A DNA stretch of 63,790 nucleotides, filler included, from Hyphochytrium catenoides (Eukaryota; Protista; Hyphochytriomycota), in NCBI GenBank assembly GCA_900088475.1. It is 15 parts of 15 records of this genome, joined end to end, with 100 filler letters (N's around TTAATTAATTAA, not from the genome) between each part and the next. Parts side by side here need not be neighbours in the genome. Positions count along the whole stretch, not along the records: positions 1 to 2,633 come from FLMG01002951.1; positions 2,734 to 7,104 come from FLMG01004353.1; positions 7,205 to 10,813 come from FLMG01001362.1; 12 more parts are not named here. One strand, 5' to 3'. The position numbers were made by a program, and so were the translations under genes. A model generated the notes under the pieces. That model did not search any database, was not told where the DNA came from, and saw only the letters and a list, made by a program, of their open reading frames with translations. Below are positions 1 through 7,554 of this stretch, in pieces. How positions within the stretch are numbered: the stretch's first letter is position 1; each line of letters begins with the position of its first letter.

Positions 1-359
1 CTGCAAAGCCCTTGGACCATATGGCTCTGGTGCTGTGGGCACAGCAGCAATAGTAGAGGCAGAAGACCTGCCTTCCATTCTAGCCCTAAGTGCAGAGCTC
101 GCTTCGTATATCTCCTGAGTGGCCTTGGAAGCTGGAGGGGGTTCTGGATTGTGAAGTCGCCACTTCAGATCATCCATCTGGCTTCTCACTTCGTTAGGAA
201 CGGCAGAGTGTGATACGTTTGCTGAAGCATGAGGTGCCGGGTAAGCGCGGCTGTAGGCTGACGTGACCTGTGGGATAGGAACTAAAGAGACATACCAAAG
301 GGTGGCGGCCCAAAGAAATCAGCAAGCGACAGAAGGCAGCAAGACAGAGCGCAAGAAGG

Positions 360-1297
360 TCAGAAACTTCGACTAGTAAGTCTGCGAGGCTCAGCAGTAT
401 GAACGCTACCTGGTGGCTGTTGATAGGGTGACCGGGGCCCCATCCCTGTCTGAGGCCTTCCAACAGACAACATAGGGGGTGCAGACGGTACAGCTCCCTG
501 GTTTTGATAGGACAGTTGGTTCACCGGAAGTGGCTGCTGAGGTGTCGACCGTTGCTGGTACCTTGTTGGCGGCGGCGGGTGCGCCTGGTGTCGTGCGGGT
601 GGAGGTGGTGGGACAGGTGGACGACGCTGGGTAGGAGGAGGATTTGTTGGATGAGCATAAGGGGCAGCGGGATGTGATGGGGCAGGTGAGCCTCGTCTCC
701 CTCGATTATCATCTTCATCTTCGTGCTTGAAATAGTCAGTGCCGCCCATAGAACGCAAGCCGTTGGCCATACATACTATCCAAAGGGACAACACTGCCAC
801 GACAATTGTCAGCGCAAGGCCGACGGTGAACCACCACTTCGTGGCAGTGCAATTATCTAGAATCTTTTTGAAGCGATCGGCATTTGCATCAATCCCTTGA
901 CAGTCATTGTCAAACCATTTGTTTCTGAAGGGTTCACTGAACTTCCAGGCTTGCAATCCAGCGATGACGGCAAGAGCAACTTCTACCGCCATAAAGACCC
1001 ATATAAGGCTGGAAGAGGACAAGGGAATAGCGAACTTTTTAACAATGTGAGCAACATGACGCGTTTGGCTGCTCTTACTTACATGTTCACTGCGGCTTTG
1101 GCAATAACGCACCATCCCGTCAAGCAGCGCACACAGCCCACTAAGACACCAAAGATGCCAGCTATGACGACCGCCCCAAGGAATAAGCCTGCCTTGGGCA
1201 GAAAAACAATCGCTGGAATGGCGAAAAGGATCTGGAGAATTACTGCAGAGATCAAAGTAAACTGCTTGCAAAGCCCCGATAGTCCACAAAAGGCCAT
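360..1297 (-). CDS. Small multi-pass (about 4 TM) membrane protein with Pro/Gln-rich C-terminal tail; spliced, 3' end uncertain
   Basis: ATG at 1297 opens a hydrophobic exon (MAFCGLSGLCKQFTLISAVILQILFAIPAIVF...). A GT..CAG intron (acceptor 1009-1011) joins it in frame to LIWVFMAVEVALAVIAGLQAW...CQG...NCTATKWWFTVGLALTIVVAVLSLWIVCM, then a PPPP-rich tail. Confidence 0.6.
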
Positions 1298-2633
1298 CCT
1301 GGGACCAAAGCAAGGGCAAAATGTCCACTACTATGGTCCAAGGTAAGAGCTCTTCACTGCTACTCAGCTACAATGCATAGTGCTCGTGAAGCGCGATGGT
1401 GCTCGCGATGGCTTTGTAAAAGCAGCCTCTTAATAGCTTTGTCGCCGTCTATGCACCAGGAGGCGAAGGAACAGAAGCCAAACAACGAGGAGCCTCTTTA
1501 TCGCATCCTCACGGCGCTGCCCGCGTGTACACAAGCTAACTCCAGAATCATGGACGATGATGGCCTGCTTGGAGCGTATTGAAAGAGACGCCCTCTAGAA
1601 GATGGGAAAGAAAAGCTGAGTCGGAAGGAGTGCTGGTCCGGAGATCAACAGGTAAGAGTGTAAACGGCGAGGTAGCGTCGGTCGCAATGACTATTCACAT
1701 GCAGAGAAAGTGCCAATAGATGTGAGAGAGAAGTTCTAACACAGAAGAACCTATAAACAAGTGCTTGTGGGCGTTGTGTTCCTGTCTCACAGGAGCAAGG
1801 CGTAGGGCGAGGAGAGAAAGAGAGAGCTCAGGCCAGATAGCGACCCTAGGAACGCGAGAGAGAGAGAGACGGAAAGCACAGAGAGGAGGAATGTAGGTGG
1901 AATGGGGCCAGAGAGAGAGAAGAGAGAGAGAGGAGAGAAGAAAGAGGCAATGAGAGGGAGGAGAAGAAAGAGAGTAAGAACGCGATAGATGAATGTGCAT
2001 CTGCGCCTTGATGTAAGAACCTAGTAGACACTCCTTATCGTCTTTGAAGGACCTGATGGAAGAGAGAAAAGAGTGAGAAAGGACAGCAAAAGAGAGAGGA
2101 GGGAAGAGGACCAGATATTCTAATAAGAGAGAGCGAAGGCACAGACACAACTGAGCGACACACACCTTCCTCACGTCTTAGACCCAGTCCAACCACCGTT
2201 TTTCTGATAAGATCAGGAGACAAAGAGATAGTTCTATTTAAGGCCTTTATTATTATTAGAGGAGGGAAGGCCCGCCTCGTCATAGACCCAAAACCCAAAA
2301 GAAAGCCAGATCGATTCACATCTCAGACAAAAGTGTCAATTCCTGATCATATGTTTTACCTTCTGAATAAGTATTCGAAAAGCTGTCATATTCGTGATCC
2401 CATGTTACTTTTTACTGTACGAGTACCCCACTGTGTACATCATAGGCATCACGCTGGAATTGTCTGTAGTTCTTCTGTATACCTGTAACCAAGGTGTTCC
2501 AGTAAAAAAGATTTTGGCACCTAAATAATAATATAAGTTCAATTTTTTCCTTCAGACCTTGACCGGAGGCAAATTTTCAATGGGTAGGGTAACTCCCGAA
2601 ATTAATTTTCGTGAAAGAGAAAGAGAAAAAGAA

Positions 2634-2733
2634 NNNNNNNNNNNNNNNNNNNNNNNNNNNNNNNNNNNNNNNNNNNNTTAATTAATTAANNNNNNNNNNN
2701 NNNNNNNNNNNNNNNNNNNNNNNNNNNNNNNNN
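2634..2733. other. Artificial contig-joining spacer (N-run + TTAATTAATTAA + N-run, 100 nt)
   Basis: The same 100-nt spacer, with stops in all six frames, recurs at 7105-7204, 10814-10913, 19355-19454, 26446-26545, 29686-29785, 34190-34289, 48568-48667, 51718-51817, 53852-53951, 55702-55801, 59156-59255, 60941-61040 and 62224-62323. Confidence 0.97.
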
Positions 2734-2791
2734 CGGTAATATACTTCGACTGTCGAAGGTAAATCTTCCTAGCAGCTCCATCCCGCTTTAC

Positions 2792-3037
2792 TTAATTGCC
2801 CAAGTAATATTCTAACTCCCCCAGATCGGTGATGGAGAAACGAGCAGACAGCATAGTCTTGAGACCTGCACTTTGCTCGGTGGTGGGAGCAAAGAGGAGC
2901 ATGTCATCCACGAAGACGCCGACGATCTCAAGGTCCTCAGGTCTCGAAGAGTGGCGCTTGACGTATACCCCAAAGTCACAAACGCTGCGCTGGAACCCTT
3001 GCTCAATCAGATAATGGTGCAGCGTGTCATTCCACAT
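2792..3037 (-). mobile_element. Ty1/copia reverse transcriptase fragment
   Basis: WNDTLHHYLIEQGFQRSVCDFGVYV...IVGVFVDDMLL...LSARFSITDLGELEYYLG matches the copia RT YVDD region. Confidence 0.9.
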
Positions 3038-3062
3038 GGTCTCTCACCTACAAACAATTACG

Positions 3063-3269
3063 TGTTGAAGTATGGTATCCGAGTCTTATTTTATAGGACT
3101 AAGATTTACCAGATTAGCTGTTGTCCACGTTACAGTAGGAAGAAGTGGACTCTAGTGTTAACTACGGCTTACTCCTAGGAGAGAACAGGTACTCTCTATT
3201 AGGAGTGCATTCGGGATCCTAATCCCAATAGGGTCCCACAATCCAGAGACTATTGGTAGCTGTACAACA
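3063..3269 (+). repeat. LTR family B, short solo-type copy (TGTTG...CAACA)
   Basis: Begins TGTTGAAGT and ends TACAACA. Its internal sequence (gagtcttattttataggactaagat...ggaagaagtggactcta.tgttaactacggctta...) is shared with the LTR starting at 53136, which follows a copia RNase H and PPT. Confidence 0.75.
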
Positions 3270-3431
3270 TCAGCTTTTTTGAAACCAGCTCCAGCAACCG
3301 GTACCTCCTTTCTGTATTCCGGTCTTTAAACGCCGCCTTCAAAAAGAAGACTCTATTTCCTCGATGGCTTACCACATTATTTAGCAACCCATCATCACGA
3401 CTGAACCCAAAAAGATAGAGAAGGCTCTTTT

Positions 3432-4142
3432 TGTTGGAGTCTGAGGGGAAAGGTATGTGGACTACAAGCTGGCAAGCTTAACTACCCAAGTTTCAGCTCC
3501 AAACTCCCAGTAGAAGCCGAGATATGAAGCAAACGAAATGTCCCTGTTTATATCGATGGCTTATGGTCAGTACCCCAGGATACCTCCAGAACTGACCATT
3601 CTAGACAGGGATATCTCTATACCTCCATATCTTAGACTCTATTCGGAATAGTTGGCATAGTCAGAATAGCTCTAGATATGGGACTCCAGTTGGGCTTATA
3701 AGTCGAGCACTCTCATCTAATGACATTGTCCAATCATCCCATACAATCCAACAGGTTATATGTTGAAGGTTCAGCTTCGACCCTTCACAATAGGGAGTTT
3801 GAGCTGCGCTGCGGGGAGGTGTTGAAGTCTGAGGGCACAGCTATGTGGACTACAAGCTGGCAAGCTTAACTACCCAAATTTCAGCTCTAAACTCCCAGCA
3901 GAAGCCGAGATATGAAGCAAACGAAATGTCCCTGTTTATATCTATGGCTTATGGTCAGTACCCCGGAATACCTTCAGGACTGACTGTTCTAGACAGGGAT
4001 TTCTCTATGACTGAATATCTTCGGGTTTATTAGGAATAGTTGGCATAGTCAGAATAGCTCTAGTTTATGGGACCCCAGGTGGGCTTATAAGTCGAGCACT
4101 CTCATCTAATGACATTGTCCAATCATCCCATATAATCCAACA
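3432..4142 (+). mobile_element. TRIM family A (LTR 3432-3753, 66-bp internal region, LTR 3820-4142)
   Basis: Two ~322-bp direct repeats, each TGTTG...CCAACA. The internal region starts GGTTAT (PBS-like) and ends CTGCGGGGAGG (PPT) and has no coding capacity. No intact TSD. Confidence 0.85.
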
Positions 4143-4512
4143 GCTTCAGAATGGAACGCCGCTATCTTCAGTGAAGTGGTGTCTATGGACCAACAACACG
4201 ACGGTTGGGAACTCGTTGAACGTCCTCCAGCCGCAAATGTCATTGGGTGTAAATGGGTATTTCGCGTGAATATGGAAGTGATGGCAACATCGATCGCTAT
4301 AAGGCACGACTTGACTTGTTGCTCAACGCTACAACCAAAAGCAGGGATCTATTACAATGAAATATTTGCGCCAGTCGTTCGCTATGAATCTGTCCGATGT
4401 ATCCTCTCTTTAGCTACTATGTACGATTTTGAGATCCATCCGGATAGTCGTACTCCTTTCTCCATGGCGATCTTGATGAAACGATTACATGCGCCAACCT
4501 CCGGGATTCGCT

Positions 4513-4771
4513 TGTTAGATTTGATCATTGGATGGTGAGCACTTTGAATTAATATTGGGGGTTCTGGATATACTGGAGAAAAGTTTTGTACGCTCCGGGA
4601 TATGAACCCAGTACCTCTGTCTTTGATGCCCACACCCTAAATAACCAGTATGCACCATACACCAAACGTACTCTTGACTAATCTCCGTTTTTGTTTATAT
4701 ACTAGGGATCTTCCCCTCTGCGTCGTCCGCTGTACACTTTTTTTGGTTTCAGCGTCGATCACAGTTCAACA
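4513..4771 (-). mobile_element. Solo LTR of family C with perfect 5-bp target-site duplication
   Basis: Minus strand reads TGTTGAAC...TCTAACA, flanked by TCGCT at 4508-4512 and 4772-4776. It splits the copia RT between QPPGFA and QPG. Confidence 0.92.
4587..4671 (-). ncRNA. tRNA-like gene inside LTR-C (putative primer RNA; anticodon arm atypical, loosely Pro-AGG-like)
   Basis: GTACGTT TG GTGTATGGTGCATAC TGGTTATTTAGGGTGTGGGCATCAAAGACAG AGGTA CTGGG TTCATAT CCCGG AGCGTAC A: 7-bp acceptor stem, A box, T arm/B box, and TTTT 4 nt downstream. Confidence 0.7.
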
Positions 4772-5968
4772 TCGCTCAACCGGGATAGCAGCATCTCGTT
4801 TGTAAGTTGAAGCTCAGCATCTATGGGCTCAAGCGAAGTCCTCATCAATGGAACAAGTCTTAGACAGTTACTTCGCGACAACGGATTTGAACGCAGCTTG
4901 TGTGAGCCCTGCTTATACATCAACAGGTCCGGGGAGAATGGCGACCATGGTGTCAACTTTTTTCGTAGATGGCCCGCTGATACTTGCCCCAGTTCCTGAC
5001 CGTACTAAATAAAGTTAAGGCCTCCTGTGAGATATTGCGTGACAGAGGAAGTTGGACTAGTCACAAGAATCGAGCTGAGCTCTATTGAAATTAAAGAAAG
5101 CAACAAGAACAAGCGAGTGTTCACTATGGGCGACAGCAGCTTCTGTCCGCGATGAGAACGTGTTCTCCAGATGTGAGGAAAAAAGTGAGACTGAAAGTCT
5201 TCTCTCATTATGCTTAGCATGCAAAAGAAAGACGAATAGGTCTATTATTCTAATATAAAGTTCTACGCTAGAAAAAGTATCATTTAGAGACAACAAAGCA
5301 AGACCAAGAAGGAGCCTGTGCCAAGAGAGGTGAGAGGAGAGAAAGCCTTCTCTCCTGAAAGCTCTATCACGCTTTGACTGCTGATTTGATCCTTGCACCT
5401 CTCCTGCAAACCTAGGAAGGCTCTCCACAAGTCTGTCTATTCTGTCCAGAGCAAATTTTTCTGCGCTTGTGCCGAAGCCAAGGAGTTAAGGCAGCTCTTG
5501 CTAATACAAGAAAAGGATCTCGGTTGCCTATCCTTCTATGCCTGGGTAGGTTTCAAAGTCTGAAGCCTTCAAGTCCTAGCAGATGGGTGAGACCAAGACT
5601 GCGTAAACAAACGACACTCTGCACACTCTGTAAGGGTATCGCTAGAGTCCTCTGATGTTATCTACCGGATCTCCTTGCCGTTAACCATCCGTTACAGTAT
5701 AGAGAGAGGATGAGTGAGCTGAATCTCCAATTCCAACACCTCCTAAAGAGCAGATTTGTTGTGAAGGACTTAGGAGGACTCCAACTAAAAGTAGCAGAGG
5801 TAGATGTTGATGACGTTAGAAGCTCTGTCTAGATGAACAGATAACAAAGGGACTACTTCATGATGATTATGTTGAACTGTGATCGACGTTGAAACCAAAA
5901 AGTGTACAGCGGACGACGCAGAGGGGAAGAACCCCTACCATATGAACAAAAACGGAGATTAGTCAAGA

Positions 5969-6057
5969 GTCGCTTGGTGTATGGTGCATACTGGTTAGGG
6001 TGTCGGCATCAAAGACATCAAAGACAGAGGTCCTGGGTTCGAATCCCGAACCGTACA
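5969..6057 (+). ncRNA. tRNA-like sequence in the 5' LTR of TRIM-C (mutated copy)
   Basis: A box TGGTGTATGG, TTAGGGT loop-like motif, duplicated CATCAAAGA, AGGTC CTGGGTTCGAATCCCG (perfect B box), then TTTT downstream. Confidence 0.65.
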
Positions 6058-6138
6058 AAACTTTTCTCCGGTATATCTAGACACCCCCTAATAAACTAAA
6101 AAGTGCTCACCATCATCATCCAATGATAAAATCTAACA

Positions 6139-6152
6139 TGGTGTGCGCTCCG
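6139..6152 (+). promoter_or_regulatory. Primer-binding site of TRIM-C
   Basis: TGGTGTGCGCTCCG directly after the LTR end. It starts with TGG (complement of CCA) and is complementary to the LTR-borne tRNA-like 3' end CGGAGCGUACA-CCA with one G:U pair. Confidence 0.85.
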
Positions 6153-6333
6153 AGCGATTTAACTCGGGCAATATAGTGAGCCATTCGATTCTGTGACCAC
6201 GGATGACCATCAAAGTTCCATTTGAACCTAGAGCTTACAGAGTTCTCTAGATTCCGGGGGAGTGTTGAACTGTGATCGACGTTGAAACCAAAAAGTGTAN
6301 NNNNNNNNNNNNNNNNNNNNNNNNNNNNNNNNN

Positions 6334-6368
6334 GACAGAGGTCCTGGGTTCGAATCCCGGAGCGTACA
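6334..6368 (+). ncRNA. 3' half of the tRNA-like sequence in the 3' LTR of TRIM-C (5' half lost in an N gap)
   Basis: GACAGAGGTC CTGGG TTCGAAT CCCGG AGCGTAC A followed by AAACTTTT. Confidence 0.7.
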
Positions 6369-6404
6369 AAACTTTTCTCCGGTATATCTAGACACCCCCC
6401 AATA

Positions 6405-6697
6405 TGTTGGATTTGTATGGGATGATCGGACAATGTCATTAGATGAGAGTGCTCGACTTATAAGCCCAACTGAGGTCCCATAAACTAGAGCTATTCTGAC
6501 TATGCCAACTATTCCGAATAGAGTCTAAGATATGGAGTTATAGAGATATCCCTGTCTAGAATAGTCAGTTCTGGAGGTATCCTGGGGTACTGACCATAAA
6601 CCATCGATATAAACAGGGACATTTCGTTTGCTTCATATCTCGGCTTCTACTGGGAGTTTAGAGCTGAAAGTTGGGTAGTTAAGCTTGCCAGCTTGTA
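6405..6697 (-). repeat. LTR family A copy (one end truncated) nested inside the 3' LTR of TRIM-C
   Basis: Reverse complement of the 3432/3820 repeat. LTR-C sequence resumes at 6698 (aaaagtgctcaccatcc...taaca). Confidence 0.88.
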
Positions 6698-7044
6698 TCT
6701 AAAAAGTGCTCACCATCCAACCATAAAATCTAACAGAGAAGGGTTGGTTACTCCAGGGGTAGTCTTGATCTTAATCTTCGTTTGGTTGGTCCAGAAAGCT
6801 CGCTGAAGTCCTGGAGGAAGCGTAGGCTGATAACGTGTTATAATGTATGGGATTTGAAGACACTCTTATTTAGGTTATGTGGTCTACTGATATGCTCGAA
6901 GTGAGTATGAAGAGCTTATGGGACCCTGTTTCCTAGTTATCACGTTGTCTAGTAGTTTATACGAGACAATTATCTGTGAAGTGACTCAATGAATCTCTCT
7001 TTTGGTGCTCTGTTGCTCTGCTGATCAATCTGCGCGTTCCATCA

Positions 7045-7104
7045 TGTTTGATTTTATCATTGGATGGTGAGCACTTTGAATTAATATTGGGGGGTGTCTG
7101 GATA
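7045..7104 (-). repeat. Partial LTR-C (3' end) at contig edge
   Basis: tgtttgattttatcattggatggtgagcactttgaattaatattgggggg matches 4513-4570. Confidence 0.85.
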
Positions 7105-7204
7105 NNNNNNNNNNNNNNNNNNNNNNNNNNNNNNNNNNNNNNNNNNNNTTAATTAATTAANNNNNNNNNNNNNNNNNNNNNNNNNNNNNNNNNNNNNNNN
7201 NNNN

Positions 7205-7512
7205 ATAAGTTCATCTTTAACAAGGGAGAGAGAGGGGGAGAGCGAGTGGCACCGGACAAGAAAATGTTTCTTCAATATCGTTATCAGATGGATAATAGCG
7301 CGGATTGCCAGTCTTTCCTTAAGGAATTTCTGCAGACCAAGATGGTCGACCTCTTCCTCGAAGAGTATCTCCGTGTGCTGAGGGCAAAGACTGAACCAAC
7401 AGGTACCGCCAAGATGGGGCACGCCTAGCTTCTCCTCTCTCTTCGGTACATCTGCGAACTTTCCCTTCACACTTCCTTTGCCATCTCCTCCTCTCCCCGC
7501 GACCCCCAAAGT

Positions 7513-7554
<42 letters not shown>

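Larger units (their letters stand above)
3395..5785 (+). mobile_element. Degenerate Ty1/copia pol (RT region), interrupted by TRIM-A, a solo LTR-C and an unidentified ~0.7 kb insert
   Basis: In order: TEPKKIEKAL (~3398-3429); TRIM-A; ASEWNAAIFSE...WELVERPPAANVIGCKWVF...EIFAPVVRYESVRCILSLA...YMRQPPGFA; LTR-C; QPG*QHLVCKLKLSIYGLKRSPHQWN...FVDG; LKSRFVVKDLG (~5743-5775). Contains frameshifts and stops. Confidence 0.85.
5870..6735 (+). mobile_element. TRIM family C: LTR 5870-6138, internal 6139-6262 (PBS + PPT), LTR 6263-6735 (contains an N gap and a nested LTR-A)
   Basis: Both LTRs begin TGTTGAACTGTGATCGAC and end AAAATCTAACA. PBS TGGTGTGCGCTCCG follows the 5' LTR directly, and PPT GGGGGAG precedes the 3' LTR. 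The 124-bp interior is non-coding. Confidence 0.88.

Noticed and set aside
2634-2733. Recurring palindrome TTAATTAATTAA as a biological repeat
   Set aside because: It is always centred in an exact 100-nt N-padded block and has stops in all six frames, so it is an assembly concatenation spacer.
5026-5696. Insert in the copia RT bounded by TGTGAG...GTTACA as a solo LTR of a fourth family
   Set aside because: No TSD (CCTCC vs GTATA), no second copy seen in the window, and boundaries are uncertain.
5969-6057. Functional tRNA-Pro(AGG) gene
   Set aside because: The anticodon stem does not pair properly, its length varies among copies, the acceptor stem is mutated in this copy, and it lies inside an LTR. 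Annotated as tRNA-like instead.
5865-6740. Target-site duplication around TRIM-C
   Set aside because: Flanks GATTA and GAGAA match only 3 of 5, so a TSD is not claimed. Mobility evidence rests on the solo LTR at 4513-4771.
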